A stretch of 64,000 nucleotides of DNA from Dehalococcoidia bacterium (GCA_965204335.1 OZ241982.1:246695-310694); one strand, 5' to 3'. Positions 46,111 through 56,276 are shown, counted from the first letter of the stretch. Numbers and translations are program-made. Notes: generated from the letters alone by a model not told the origin.

Positions 46111-47678
46111 TGGACGCTCCCGCCAAACTGGTGTCTTGCCGATGTGATCGGATTTGGCGCCATCTGGCCCAGGCCGCAGAGCGATCCGGCGCTGATCAGC
46201 GGGATCAATGCCTCGATATCGGCCCAGTTGCCCTCGGCCAGCGCTTCGGCCATTCGACCCGAGCCCTCGCGGCACGGTGTGCACTTGCCGCACGATTCGT
46301 TGGCGTTGTACTCGGCCCAGACGGCGAGCGCGCGCTCGATACCGAACGACCGCGGGATGGCGATGATTCCACCCGCGCCGAGGAGCGCGCCATGGCCGTC
46401 CATCTGTCCGGGCGCGATCGGCGTATCGAAATTCTCCGGAGCGAGGAATCCACCCGACGGTCCGCCCATCGTCACGCCGGCCAACGACTCCGTGGGCTCT
46501 CCCAGTTCGACGATCTCCGAGACCGGCGTCCCCAGCGGCAGCTCGATCACTCCGCGATTGCGGAAGGCTCCGCTGAGCTGGATCAGTTTCGTGCCGGGCA
46601 TGCGCTCGGCGCCGACCTCGCGAAACCAGTCCGGACCAAACTCGAAGATGTCGGGCACATTGGCCAGCGTCTCGACGCTATTGATCGCGGTCGGCCGGCC
46701 CCAGAGTCCGCGCTCCGTGGGATAAGGCGGCTTCAGTCGAGGCACGGCGCGGCGACCCTCGATCGATTCGAGGATCACCGATTCTTCGCCGCAGACGTAG
46801 CCACCCGCGCCTCGCCGAATCTCGACAGTCAGTCCGTCCAGCAGACCTGACGCCCGCGCTGCGCTGATCGCCCCGGCGGCGGCCGCCGCCGAGCGGTCGG
46901 CCATGCCGTTGATGTACCAGAACGCCTGCGAAGCGCCGAGCGCGTAGCAGGCGATTCGGATGCCCTCGAGAATGCGCTGCGGATCGGACTCCATCAGCCA
47001 GCGGTCCTTGAACGTACCCGGCTCGCCCTCTTCGCCGTTGGCGACGAGGATCGGTTGACCGTTTCTTGAGGACGCATCGACGGCGCCGCCCCACTTGAGA
47101 TGCACCGGAAAATAGGCGCCGCCCCGTCCGAGCAATCCTGCCGTCTCCACAAGTGTCAACGCCTCGGACGGGCTCAGCAGCGACGCCGCCCGCCAGCCGC
47201 GCCAATCCGGAGGGTCGGCCGTTCGCATGACGGAGACTCGAGCCAGCCCGCCGGGCACCGTCGCCCGCGCGGCATCGAAGACCGTTTCATCCAGGGACGA
47301 TTCGAGCCGCCCCGGTCCGGCAACCGCGAGGGGACGGTCGGCGGCGGCGGCGCAGAGGAACATGCACTCGTGGGCCTCACCGTCGACAGGGGCATCTCCC
47401 GCCGCGATCTGACACGGCAAGCCGCGGCAGACGCGCACCGCATCGCTACTCAGTGGACTCCAGCGGAACTCGGTGTAACTGGTTGCGACGGCGAACAGTT
47501 CCGCCCGCGGCATGTGTACCCAGCGCGCGACCTCTTCCAGCGCCGCGTGTTCGAGGTAGCCGTACACCTCATCGACGACATGCAGCGCCGGCAGGGCCTG
47601 TATCCGCTGCCTGGGCAGCACCGCGAGGGCTTGCTGGAGCTCGCCGAGCAATAACTCGGTGGCCGTTTCGGTTGTCAC
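46107..47678 (-). CDS. fdsB: formate dehydrogenase beta subunit (NuoE-like plus NuoF-like fusion)
   Basis: CRGLPC...CMFLC 2Fe-2S motif, GRGGAYFP, GEEGEPGTFKDR FMN/NAD site, ESCGKCTPCREG. GTG start at 47678 inferred. Confidence 0.85.
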   Translation of the reverse strand: MTTETATELLLGELQQALAVLPRQRIQALPALHVVDEVYGYLEHAALEEVARWVHMPRAELFAVATSYTEFRWSPLSSDAVRVCRGLPCQIAAGDAPVDGEAHECMFLCAAAADRPLAVAGPGRLESSLDETVFDAARATVPGGLARVSVMRTADPPDWRGWRAASLLSPSEALTLVETAGLLGRGGAYFPVHLKWGGAVDASSRNGQPILVANGEEGEPGTFKDRWLMESDPQRILEGIRIACYALGASQAFWYINGMADRSAAAAAGAISAARASGLLDGLTVEIRRGAGGYVCGEESVILESIEGRRAVPRLKPPYPTERGLWGRPTAINSVETLANVPDIFEFGPDWFREVGAERMPGTKLIQLSGAFRNRGVIELPLGTPVSEIVELGEPTESLAGVTMGGPSGGFLAPENFDTPIAPGQMDGHGALLGAGGIIAIPRSFGIERALAVWAEYNANESCGKCTPCREGSGRMAEALAEGNWADIEALIPLISAGSLCGLGQMAPNPITSARHQFGGSVQ

Positions 47679-47777
47679 GTCGAAGCCGCCCCTCTGACCC
47701 TTGGGTCGCCACACGAGTCCTGCTGGATACCATTCTAGATACCACTTCGGATGCCTCCAGGGTGGCAAGGAGCGGCG

Positions 47778-48797
47778 ATGACCGAGGAAGCGAACCTGCC
47801 ACAATCCTACGAAGAGGCGCATGTCAAGGCGCGACCGGCGAATCGTTACGGTCCCTCGTTCACATTCCTGGGCGTGCCCCGAGCCAACCTGCGCCGGCCA
47901 GAGACCATCGAGAGCGCCGGCGCGGTCATTCTGGGCGCGCCCTTCGATGCCGGGACCAGCTATCGCCCGGGCGCCCGCTTCGGACCGCAGGCGATCCGCG
48001 CGGCCGACTACATTCCCCACTCCGGATACCGCCCGCACCTGGCACTGGGCGTCGATCCGTTGGGCGAACTGGGAGTCGTCGATGCGGGCGACGTCAACAT
48101 GCAGCAGCTTGATAGCGAGCCCAGCCTGCAGCGGCTGATGGAGGCCTGCCGACAGGTCGCCTCCGCCGGTGCGATCCCCGTCGTGCTCGGCGGCGACCAC
48201 ACGATCACCTACGCCACGGCGCAGGGCGTCGCCAAACACCACGGATTCGGCCGCGTTGCGCTGATCCACTTCGACGCTCACGCCGACACCGGCGATTCCG
48301 AGGGCGGCCTCTGGGGTCACGGCACTCCGATGCGCCGGCTGATCCTGAGCGGCGCCGTGCGCGGCGACCGCTTCCTCCAGATCGGACTGCGCGGCTATTG
48401 GCCCGACCCGCCAATCCTCGAATGGATGGCTGACCAGCGGATGCGCTGGTTCGAGATGACCGAGGTCGTCCAGCGCGGCCTCGACGCCTGCCTCGACGAG
48501 GCGCTGGACGTCGCCGACGACGACTGTGACGGCGTCTTCCTTTCCGTTGATGTCGACGTGGTCGACCCCGGCATGGCGCCCGGCACCGGAACACCGGAGT
48601 CGGGCGGGCTCACGTCGCGGCAGTTGCTCGATGCCGTTCGCCGGATCGGAACCGAGTCGAACCTGTTGGGCATGGACGTCGTCGAGGTCGCCCCGCCGTA
48701 TGACACGTCCGACGTCACGGCCCTCCTCGCCAATCGAGTCGTGCTGGAGACGCTGTCCGGCGTCACCGTGCGGCGGAAACAGACTGACGCAGATTGA
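47778..48797 (+). CDS. agmatinase/ureohydrolase family protein
   Basis: GGDHTITYA, HFDAHADTG and SVDVDVVDPGMAPGTGTPESGGL Mn-binding motifs. AGGAG before ATG 47778. Confidence 0.9.
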   Translation: MTEEANLPQSYEEAHVKARPANRYGPSFTFLGVPRANLRRPETIESAGAVILGAPFDAGTSYRPGARFGPQAIRAADYIPHSGYRPHLALGVDPLGELGVVDAGDVNMQQLDSEPSLQRLMEACRQVASAGAIPVVLGGDHTITYATAQGVAKHHGFGRVALIHFDAHADTGDSEGGLWGHGTPMRRLILSGAVRGDRFLQIGLRGYWPDPPILEWMADQRMRWFEMTEVVQRGLDACLDEALDVADDDCDGVFLSVDVDVVDPGMAPGTGTPESGGLTSRQLLDAVRRIGTESNLLGMDVVEVAPPYDTSDVTALLANRVVLETLSGVTVRRKQTDAD

Positions 48798-48829
48798 ACT
48801 GCCAGGACGAATCAGATTCGACAGCCATC

Positions 48830-48849
48830 GCGTTCTCTATAGAGAACGC
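48830..48849. promoter_or_regulatory. 20-bp perfect palindrome (candidate operator or terminator)
   Basis: gcgttctctatagagaacgc lies between the ureohydrolase stop and the Uma2 start. Confidence 0.3.
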
Positions 48850-48895
48850 ATGACCTATTCATCAGATATCCTGCGAAGGGTGTAAAGGAGCCGAC

Positions 48896-49609
48896 ATGGT
48901 CACGACGTCACGTCCAGCCGAACAGACCGCGAAGGTCGAATCGGACGAGCGGCAGCCGCAGATGAGCGATGCGGACTCGGGGCGGTTACCGGGCGATCCC
49001 CTGCTGCTGCGACTGCCGTCGCAATGGCGGCTAACCGACCAGGCGCTCCTCGACATCTATGAGCTGAACGAAGCGCTGACATTCGAGCGAACGGCGGAAG
49101 GAGACCTCGTCATCGTCCCCTCACCAACTGGCCCAAGCCCGGCAATGGGCGCAGAAATCATCTACCAGCTCGTGACTTGGACGAAATCTGGTGGAGGCGG
49201 AGAGGTGCGAGACGCCAGCGCCGGCTACAAGCTGGGTGAAGCTCCCCCACCCGAGTCGGAGGAAAAACAGCCCATGCGCGAGCCGGACGTCTCCTGGATC
49301 CCACAGGATGTGCTCGACGAAGTAGATGAGGAGGAGTATGAGGAGCGCTCGGTGGTGCCCTGCCCGCCGTTCGTCGTTGAACTCATTTCCGCACAGCAGT
49401 CCGTCGCTCCACAGAAGCGCAAGATGGTCGAGTGGATGAGCTACGGCGTGCAACTCGGTTGGCTGATCGACCGCAAGCGAGACAAGGCCTGGATTTACCG
49501 CGCCGGCCAGGAACAACCCGAAGAGTTGGATCGGCCGCCGACCCTTTCCGGGGAGGACGTGTTGAACGGCTTCGAGTTGGACTGCTCGAAGATCTGGCGC
49601 GAAGCCTGA
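48896..49609 (+). CDS. Uma2 family (DUF820) endonuclease-fold protein
   Basis: ...FERTAEGDLVIVPSPTG...EPDVSWI...PPFVVELISAQQS...KMVEWMSYGVQLGWLID pattern of PD-(D/E)xK Uma2 proteins. Confidence 0.8.
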   Translation: MVTTSRPAEQTAKVESDERQPQMSDADSGRLPGDPLLLRLPSQWRLTDQALLDIYELNEALTFERTAEGDLVIVPSPTGPSPAMGAEIIYQLVTWTKSGGGGEVRDASAGYKLGEAPPPESEEKQPMREPDVSWIPQDVLDEVDEEEYEERSVVPCPPFVVELISAQQSVAPQKRKMVEWMSYGVQLGWLIDRKRDKAWIYRAGQEQPEELDRPPTLSGEDVLNGFELDCSKIWREA

Positions 49610-49639
49610 ACGTACGATCTCGGCGGCTACTCTGTTGCC

Positions 49640-50653
49640 ATGACCACCGCGGACGGACAGATGAAGTTCGGCGTGCTGCAGTTCTTCAGCTGGCCCGGAC
49701 GACGTGTGCCCCTGCCGACTGTCTACGACCGCGCACTCAACCGGATCGACATCATGGACGAGACCGGCTACGACTGCGTCTGGCTGGCCGAGCATCATTT
49801 CTCGACCTACTCGGTCTGCCCGTCCGTTCACCTGATGGGCATGCACGTCGCCGGTCGGACGAGGAACATCCGCATCGGTACCGCCGTCACGCTGGCCTCG
49901 TTCTATCACCCGTTGCGCATTGCCGAAGAAGTGGCGCTGCTCGACATCCTCTCGGGAGGCCGAGTCAACTGGGGCGCGGGCCGCGGCTTCGACCGGACCG
50001 AGTTCCGCGTCTTCGGAGTCGAGATCGAGGAGTCCTACCCTCGCTTCCGCGAGTCGGTGCAGGTCGTCCTCGAGGCGTGGCGCAACGACCGGATCACCTG
50101 GCATGGCGATTACTTCGATTTTGACGAGATCGAAGTCTTGCCCAAGCCGCATCAACAGCCGACACCGCCATTCTGGGTCGCCGCCGGCGGGCCGGACGCG
50201 ATCGAGTGGTCCGCGAAGCAGGGCTACTCGATCCTGATGGACCCGCATGCCACGCACAAAGAACTCGGTGACAAGCGGCGTAGCTACTTCAAGGCGTTGG
50301 ACAAGCACGGTCACGCGACGGAGGGCCGCCAAATTCCAATGGCCCGCCTAATCGCCGTCGCCGAGACCGACGAAGAGGCCGAGCAAATCGCGCGCAACGG
50401 CGCGCAGTGGACGATCGGCTCGTACGCCAACGACAAGACCAGCGGCAACTCGAACCCGTCGCGCTTGCTGTCCGACGAGCAGCGGATCGAGCGCTACGCG
50501 AACCAGGTCGTGATCCACGGGAGCGCGCCCAGGGTGATCGACCAGCTTGAGGAACTTCGCGAAACGATCGACCTCGATTACCTGATCGCCTCGCCGTTTT
50601 CGCACGATTCCTTCCTGCGCTTCACCAACGACGTGATGCCCCACTTCCAGTAA
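49640..50653 (+). CDS. LLM-class flavin-dependent oxidoreductase
   Basis: MKFGVLQFFSWP...VWLAEHHFSTYSVCPS...GAGRGF. Alternative start at 49661. Confidence 0.85.
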   Translation: MTTADGQMKFGVLQFFSWPGRRVPLPTVYDRALNRIDIMDETGYDCVWLAEHHFSTYSVCPSVHLMGMHVAGRTRNIRIGTAVTLASFYHPLRIAEEVALLDILSGGRVNWGAGRGFDRTEFRVFGVEIEESYPRFRESVQVVLEAWRNDRITWHGDYFDFDEIEVLPKPHQQPTPPFWVAAGGPDAIEWSAKQGYSILMDPHATHKELGDKRRSYFKALDKHGHATEGRQIPMARLIAVAETDEEAEQIARNGAQWTIGSYANDKTSGNSNPSRLLSDEQRIERYANQVVIHGSAPRVIDQLEELRETIDLDYLIASPFSHDSFLRFTNDVMPHFQ

Positions 50654-50704
50654 TCCACCAGTAACTCACCAGTAGCCCACCTGGCGCGGAAAGAGAACCG
50701 ACCC

Positions 50705-51562
50705 ATGACCTACGAACTCATCACCGTTGAGCGCACCGGCGAGCAAGAGGGCATCATCTGGTTGGAACTCAACCGTCCCGAAAAGCTGAACGCGCTGACC
50801 TTCCCATTGCTGGCCGAGATGTACGACGCGCTGACCCGGATCCGCATGGACCGCACCGCTCGCGTGCTCGTGATCACGGGCAAGGGCCGCGGATTCTGCG
50901 CCGGCATGGATGCCGGCGGTGGCGGCGACGGACGCGGCACCGAATTCTGGGACGACAACCCGGATCCGCTGCTGGGTGCGCCCCAGTCCGACAGCTACAC
51001 CGACAACGAGGGCCAGCGGCTCAACTTCCGCTACGAAACCAAGACCTTCGCCGAACTGCGCCGCCTCGACATTCCCGTGATCGCCGGCGTCAACGGCCCC
51101 TGCGTCGGGGCCGGGTTCGACATGGCCTGCCTCTGCGATCTGCTGGTCGCATCGACCAATGCCCGATATCAGGTCGCTTACGTCAAGCGCGGCCTCTACG
51201 CCGACCTCGGCGGCTTCTGGGCGATCCCGAAGATCATCGGCTGGCGCAAGGCGATGGAGATGATGTTCACCGGCCGGTTCATGTCGGCGCAGGAAGGACA
51301 TGAGGCGGGCCTGAGCAACTACCTGTTCGAGCCCGACGAGTTCCGCGAGAAACTGCTCGAATTCGCCCAGGAGGTCGAGAACGGGCCGCCGATCGGCCAG
51401 AAGGTGGGCAAACTCATGGCTTACCGAACCGCGACCCTCGACTACGAATCGGCCCTCGAACTCTCCGGTGGAGTCCTCCCGCTCGTCACCGGTTCCTTCG
51501 ACCGAATCGAAGGCGGCCAATCATTCCGAGAACGCCGCGAACCAAAGTTCACCGGCTTCTAA
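50705..51562 (+). CDS. enoyl-CoA hydratase/isomerase family protein
   Basis: RPEKLNAL...ITGKGRGFCAGMD...GPCVGAGFDMACLCD crotonase motifs. Confidence 0.9.
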   Translation: MTYELITVERTGEQEGIIWLELNRPEKLNALTFPLLAEMYDALTRIRMDRTARVLVITGKGRGFCAGMDAGGGGDGRGTEFWDDNPDPLLGAPQSDSYTDNEGQRLNFRYETKTFAELRRLDIPVIAGVNGPCVGAGFDMACLCDLLVASTNARYQVAYVKRGLYADLGGFWAIPKIIGWRKAMEMMFTGRFMSAQEGHEAGLSNYLFEPDEFREKLLEFAQEVENGPPIGQKVGKLMAYRTATLDYESALELSGGVLPLVTGSFDRIEGGQSFRERREPKFTGF

Positions 51563-51574
51563 GACCTCGTTCCA

Positions 51575-51620
51575 CTCTCCCCCCGCTTCGCGGGGGGAGA
51601 TGCCGAAGGCAGAGGGGGGC
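51575..51620. repeat. REP-like element family B
   Basis: ctctccccccgcttcgcggggggagatgccgaaggcagaggggggc. Its GAGGGGGG end sits 8 nt before the next ATG. Confidence 0.8.
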
Positions 51621-51626
51621 TCCCCG

Positions 51627-51872
51627 ATGTGCCGCTCAATCAAACGCCTGCGCCAACCCGCCGGAATCGACCCCACGCGGGACGAAATCGAGCAGGCCGC
51701 TCGCCAGTTCGTCCGCAAAATCTCCGGCATCCAACACCCTTCCTCAAGAACCGAGGACGCCTTCCAGAACGCCATTGACGAGATCAGCGTCGTCGCCGCT
51801 CAGTTGCTCCAGGCGCTGCCACCCTTGCAGCAACCCCGACGTCAAGCTCAGCCCGAGGAGATCAAGAGATGA
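51627..51872 (+). CDS. DUF2277 domain-containing protein
   Basis: MCRSIKRLRQP...EIEQAARQFVRKISG matches the MCRNI...YVRKVSG pattern of the family. ATGA overlap with the next gene. Confidence 0.7.
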   Translation: MCRSIKRLRQPAGIDPTRDEIEQAARQFVRKISGIQHPSSRTEDAFQNAIDEISVVAAQLLQALPPLQQPRRQAQPEEIKR

Positions 51873-53035
51873 CCACCTTCCAGCTCTCCGAAGCCGACCG
51901 CATGGTTCAGCAGACCGCCCATGACTTTGCCGCCAAAGAGGTCCGACCCGTCGCCATGGAGTACGACGAGCGCAACGAGTTCGCCTGGGATGTCGCCTCG
52001 AAGGCGGCCGAGATCGGCTTGACCGGCGTCCCCCTCGGCGGACTCTCCGCCGAGCCCGGCATCACGGCCATGATCACCGCCGAGGAGCTGAGCTGGGGCT
52101 GCGCCGGGATCGCGCTCGGCACGCAGGTCTCCGGCCTCGCGGCGACCGCGATCTCAGTGATCGGCACGCCTGAGCAAAACGAGCGCTGGATTCCCGAGTG
52201 CACCTCGGACGACGGCCAGCTGCGCCTCGGCGCGCTCGCGCTGACCGAGCCCGACGCCGGCTCGGACGCCGGCATGATCAAGACGCGCGCCGTCCGCGAC
52301 GGCGACGAGTACGTGCTCAACGGCACCAAGCGGTTCATCACCGGCGGCGGCATCGCCGATATCACCGTTGTCTTTGCCCGCGAATCGGAGTCCGAGGGCT
52401 GGCGCGACGTCTCAGCCTTCGTCGTGCCCAAAGACGCGGAGGGCTTCTCGCAGATCAAGATGTGGGACAAGATGGGTATCCGCGCTTCGCACACCGCGGA
52501 CCTGGCCTTTGACGATGTGCGTATCCCGCTTGAGAACCGCCTCGGCGACCCGGATCCCGACTTCCGCTCCGGCGGGCGCGGCGCGCTGGGCACCCTGGCC
52601 GCCACGCGACCGTGGATCGGCGCCTTCGCCGTCGGACTGGCGCGCGCCTCCTTCGAGTACGCCGCCGACTACGCGCGCGAGCGCAAGACGATGAAGCGGC
52701 CCTTGATCGAGCACCAGGGCGTCGGCTTCATGCTCGCCGATATGGACATCGCGATCGACGCCGCCCGCCTGCTCACCTGGCGTGCCGGTGAGATGGCCTC
52801 GAGCAACCAGCCCTTTGACCTCGAAGAAGCGAGCAAGGCCAAGACCTTCGCCTCCGACATGGCGATGAAAGTCACGACCGACGCCGTCCAGGTCTGCGGA
52901 GGCGTCGGTTTCATGCGGGAGCTGCCCCTGGAGAAGTGGATGCGAGACGCCAAGATCTTCCAGATCTTCGAAGGCGCCAACCAGATTCAGCGCATGGTGA
53001 TCGCGCGAAACATCCAGAATCGCTACTTCGCCTGA
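51869..53035 (+). CDS. acyl-CoA dehydrogenase family protein
   Basis: ALTEPDAGSD, the GTKRFITGG-type motif and C-terminal IFEGANQIQRMVIAR. Confidence 0.95.
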   Translation: MTTFQLSEADRMVQQTAHDFAAKEVRPVAMEYDERNEFAWDVASKAAEIGLTGVPLGGLSAEPGITAMITAEELSWGCAGIALGTQVSGLAATAISVIGTPEQNERWIPECTSDDGQLRLGALALTEPDAGSDAGMIKTRAVRDGDEYVLNGTKRFITGGGIADITVVFARESESEGWRDVSAFVVPKDAEGFSQIKMWDKMGIRASHTADLAFDDVRIPLENRLGDPDPDFRSGGRGALGTLAATRPWIGAFAVGLARASFEYAADYARERKTMKRPLIEHQGVGFMLADMDIAIDAARLLTWRAGEMASSNQPFDLEEASKAKTFASDMAMKVTTDAVQVCGGVGFMRELPLEKWMRDAKIFQIFEGANQIQRMVIARNIQNRYFA

Positions 53036-53052
53036 TCGAGGTCCCGAACGCG

Positions 53053-53163
53053 CTAGAACGCCCCCGCCCACGCCAGGATCGTCCAGACGACCATGGCCAG
53101 GAAGCCGGCTCCGAGCAGGAGCTGGAATAGAATCAGACTCTCGGCGGGGCCTCGCTTTGGCAT
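53053..53163 (-). CDS. possible 36-aa single-pass membrane peptide
   Basis: MPKRGPAESLILFQLLLGAGFLAMVVWTILAWAGAF with GGAGG 7 nt upstream. No homology was recognised. Confidence 0.35.
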   Translation of the reverse strand: MPKRGPAESLILFQLLLGAGFLAMVVWTILAWAGAF

Positions 53164-53191
53164 GGTCAACCTCCGATGGACAGGGTAATCG

Positions 53192-53536
53192 ATGCTCGAA
53201 CTGGCGGTCTTTGAGGACCTCGGGGAGTTGCGCGACGCCGTGCTGATTCTCGCCGGGATTGGCGCCTGCGTCGTGGCGCTTACGTTCCTCGTCGCGGTGA
53301 CCAAGCTCTCACTGCTCGCCTACCGGATCGTGCGCCGACTGGAACGATTTCACGAACGCCGAATTGCAGGCACCGTCGCCACGGCAGACGCCAGACTCGC
53401 CGCCTGGCTGGAGGAGGATCGCTGGTCGGCGCGAGGCATCCTGGAACTCGTCCAGCTCGCCGCCCAGCGTGTGCAGGAGCGACGCAATCCTCCGCCGAAG
53501 AAGCGCCGACTCTTTGGCCTGCTGCCGCCCGCGTAG
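53192..53536 (+). CDS. hypothetical membrane-anchored protein
   Basis: 114 aa, one TM (ILAGIGACVVALTFLVAV) followed by a charged helical region. Composition is unlike the antisense shadow ORFs. Confidence 0.35.
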   Translation: MLELAVFEDLGELRDAVLILAGIGACVVALTFLVAVTKLSLLAYRIVRRLERFHERRIAGTVATADARLAAWLEEDRWSARGILELVQLAAQRVQERRNPPPKKRRLFGLLPPA

Positions 53537-53653
53537 CCCTCGACCTCCGATTGTTGTATCGGCAATGACGCTCACGTAGCATGATCGCCAGTCGCGCCCA
53601 ACAACATCGGTGCGCGGCGTGTTGGATCTGAACAACCTAGGAAGGGAAATGCG

Positions 53654-54769
53654 ATGAAAGCTGCCATCTGGGAACCGGGAGCACAGGCCAAGGACGGCGA
53701 TCGAGATGTCCTGGAAGTCCATGACATCCAGGTGCGCGACCCGCAGCCGACCGAAGTGCTGGTCCGGACCACAACCAGCGGCGTCTGCCACTCCGACCTG
53801 CACTTCATTGACGGCAAGTGGGGCGCGGCGTTCGGCGGCCGGCCCACGATCCTCGGCCACGAGGCGGCCGGTGTCGTCGAAGAGGTCGGCTCGGACGTCA
53901 CCTACGTCGCGCCGGGCGACCACGTGATCATGTCGTTCCGTCCCTTCTGCGGCGACTGCTACTGGTGTTGGCGCGGCGAGCCGAACCTGTGTCCGGCGCC
54001 GGCCGACACGCAACTGTCGATGAGCCGCCTGAGCTGGGACGGCCGCCCGGTCATGCAGATGGCCTCGGTCGGCTCCTTTGGCGAGTACATGCTCACCACG
54101 CAGTCGGGTGTGCTCAAGATCCCTGAGGACGTTCCGCCCGCCGAAGCGGCGCTGGTCGGCTGCGGCGTGATGACCGGCGTCGGCGCGGCGCTCTACACCG
54201 CCAAGGTGCCGGGCGGCTCAATCGTGGCCGTGATCGGCTGCGGCGGCGTGGGCCTCAATGTGATCCAGGGTTGCCGGATCGCCGGCGCGAGCCGGATCAT
54301 CGCGGTCGACATCCTCGACAACAAGCTCGACTTCGCCGAACAGTTCGGCGCGACCGACCGGGTCAACGCGACCGAGGTCGACGCAGTCGAGGCCGTCAAG
54401 GACTTGACCGAGGGCATGGGCGTCGAGATCGCGTTCGAGGCGATTGGCAACGTCAACGCCGCCCGCCAGGCGTGGGACATGGTCCGCCCAGGCGGTACCG
54501 CCTGCATCGTCGGCATGATGCCGCTCGGCTCCGAGGTCAACCTGCCCGGTCCCGAGTTCCTGCAGGAAAAGAAGGCGATCGGCTGCATGTACGGCTCGAC
54601 TCGCTTCCGCGAGCACATGCCGAAGCTGCTCGACCTCTACCGCCAGGGCAAGCTCGACCTGACCGGCCTGGTCAGCAAGCGCTTCGAGTTGAGCGAGATC
54701 AACGAGGCGTTCCGCGCCATGCAAGCCGGTGAAGTCGCCCGAGGCGTGCTCGACATCTCGCAGCCGTAG
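53654..54769 (+). CDS. zinc-dependent alcohol dehydrogenase (class III / formaldehyde-DH-like)
   Basis: GVCHSDLH, GHEAAGVVEEVG, the structural-Zn Cys cluster CGDCYWC and the GCGGVG Rossmann motif. Confidence 0.9.
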   Translation: MKAAIWEPGAQAKDGDRDVLEVHDIQVRDPQPTEVLVRTTTSGVCHSDLHFIDGKWGAAFGGRPTILGHEAAGVVEEVGSDVTYVAPGDHVIMSFRPFCGDCYWCWRGEPNLCPAPADTQLSMSRLSWDGRPVMQMASVGSFGEYMLTTQSGVLKIPEDVPPAEAALVGCGVMTGVGAALYTAKVPGGSIVAVIGCGGVGLNVIQGCRIAGASRIIAVDILDNKLDFAEQFGATDRVNATEVDAVEAVKDLTEGMGVEIAFEAIGNVNAARQAWDMVRPGGTACIVGMMPLGSEVNLPGPEFLQEKKAIGCMYGSTRFREHMPKLLDLYRQGKLDLTGLVSKRFELSEINEAFRAMQAGEVARGVLDISQP

Positions 54770-54832
54770 CCCGCCACCAGTCACAGAGCAACGCGCCGTC
54801 CGACCAACGGGCGGCGCGTTTGCGTATCACCA

Positions 54833-56128
54833 ATGACAACCATCAACTTCGACGCCTATCTTCCGCCGCGATCCGCGCCGCGCACGACGCGCGAGGGCTC
54901 AGCCGAACAGGCCCTGCGCGAAATCCCCGACGGCGGGCGCGTCGTCGTCCCGCCCATGTCTGCGACGCCGGTCGGTCTGCTGCATGCCCTCGACGACCTG
55001 CGCGGCGGCTGGACCGACATCGAAATCGCGACCGGCAATCTCTTCACTCACGTGCCCCCGCTAGACCACCCGAACCAGCCGTTCCGCTTTTCCACCTACC
55101 AGACCAGCGGCCCAATGCGCGACGTCGAAGCGGCCGGCGCGCTGGAGCACATCCCGGCGACCTATGCGCAGGTGCCGTCGTTGTTCCGCCAGGACGGTCC
55201 GCTGCCGGCCGATGCGATCCTGGTCCAGGTCTCCGAGCCGGGGCCGGAAGGACTGTACTCGCTCGGTACGTCGGTTGGCGGGATCGTCGATGTGGTGCGA
55301 ACGGCGCCGCTGGTGATCGCACAGGTCAACCCCAATCTGCCGTACACGTTCGGAGCTGCCGAGCTCCGACGCGAGGAGTTCGATTGGCTGGTCCGGCTCG
55401 AGAGTCCCGTGCTCGAACTGCAGCGCGCCGAACCGGGTGAGACCGAGCGTCGGATTGCAGCCGCCGTCGCCGAACTGGTCACCGACGGCGCCACGCTGCA
55501 GTTCGGAATCGGCGGCGTGCCCGAAGCGATCATGGCCATGCTTGGAGATCGCCGGGATCTCGGCGTGCACTCCGGCCTGATCTCCGACGGCGTCATGGGC
55601 ATGGTCGAGAGCGGCGCATTGACCGGCGCGCAGAAGGCGACCGCGCCGGAGATGATCGTCACCACCGAGGCAGCCGGCAGCGCCGCGTTCTTCGAGTGGA
55701 TTCACCGCAATCCGGCGGTCTGCATGGCGCCCGCTGGATACACGCACTCGCTCCAGATTCTGGCGCAACAACGAAACTTTGTCGGCATCAACTCCGCCGT
55801 GCAGGTCGCGCTGGACGGCACGATCAACGCCGAGTCGCTGGGCGCGCGGCAGATCTCCGGCCCAGGTGGACAGCCCGACTTCGCCGCCGGCGCCATGCTG
55901 AACGCTGGCGTTTCGGTCGTGGCGATGCCCTCGACCGCGGCGCGCGGCAGGGTCTCGCGGATCGTCAAGCGGATCGATTCCGCCGCCGTTGTGACGACAC
56001 CGAGGACGCTGGCCGACCGCATCGTGACCGAGTACGGACAGGCGGAACTGCAAGGACGCACACTGGGCGCGAGAGCGGACGCGCTGCGCGAGATCGCACA
56101 TCCCGACTTTCGCGATGAGTTGGCGTAA
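54833..56128 (+). CDS. acetyl-CoA hydrolase/transferase family protein (4-hydroxybutyrate CoA-transferase-like)
   Basis: LQFGIGGVPEA...INSAVQVALDGTINAESLG...SGPGGQPDF. Confidence 0.85.
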   Translation: MTTINFDAYLPPRSAPRTTREGSAEQALREIPDGGRVVVPPMSATPVGLLHALDDLRGGWTDIEIATGNLFTHVPPLDHPNQPFRFSTYQTSGPMRDVEAAGALEHIPATYAQVPSLFRQDGPLPADAILVQVSEPGPEGLYSLGTSVGGIVDVVRTAPLVIAQVNPNLPYTFGAAELRREEFDWLVRLESPVLELQRAEPGETERRIAAAVAELVTDGATLQFGIGGVPEAIMAMLGDRRDLGVHSGLISDGVMGMVESGALTGAQKATAPEMIVTTEAAGSAAFFEWIHRNPAVCMAPAGYTHSLQILAQQRNFVGINSAVQVALDGTINAESLGARQISGPGGQPDFAAGAMLNAGVSVVAMPSTAARGRVSRIVKRIDSAAVVTTPRTLADRIVTEYGQAELQGRTLGARADALREIAHPDFRDELA

Positions 56129-56276
56129 AGGGCGAGCCGCTCGCTTCGCAACCTGATTCACAGGCCGCGATCCACAAACCGATTCGCGATGGCGTTCAAT
56201 GCGTTTCGCGCTATCTTGCCCATGAGGAAGCGCTCAACCTGCGCCAGAACGCCAGGGAACAGCTTCGGAGGTTCAC

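Noticed and set aside
48896-49609. Uma2/DUF820 gene as evidence of a restriction-modification or defence island
   Set aside because: It is a single gene flanked by housekeeping metabolism. No methyltransferase, helicase or other defence partner is adjacent.
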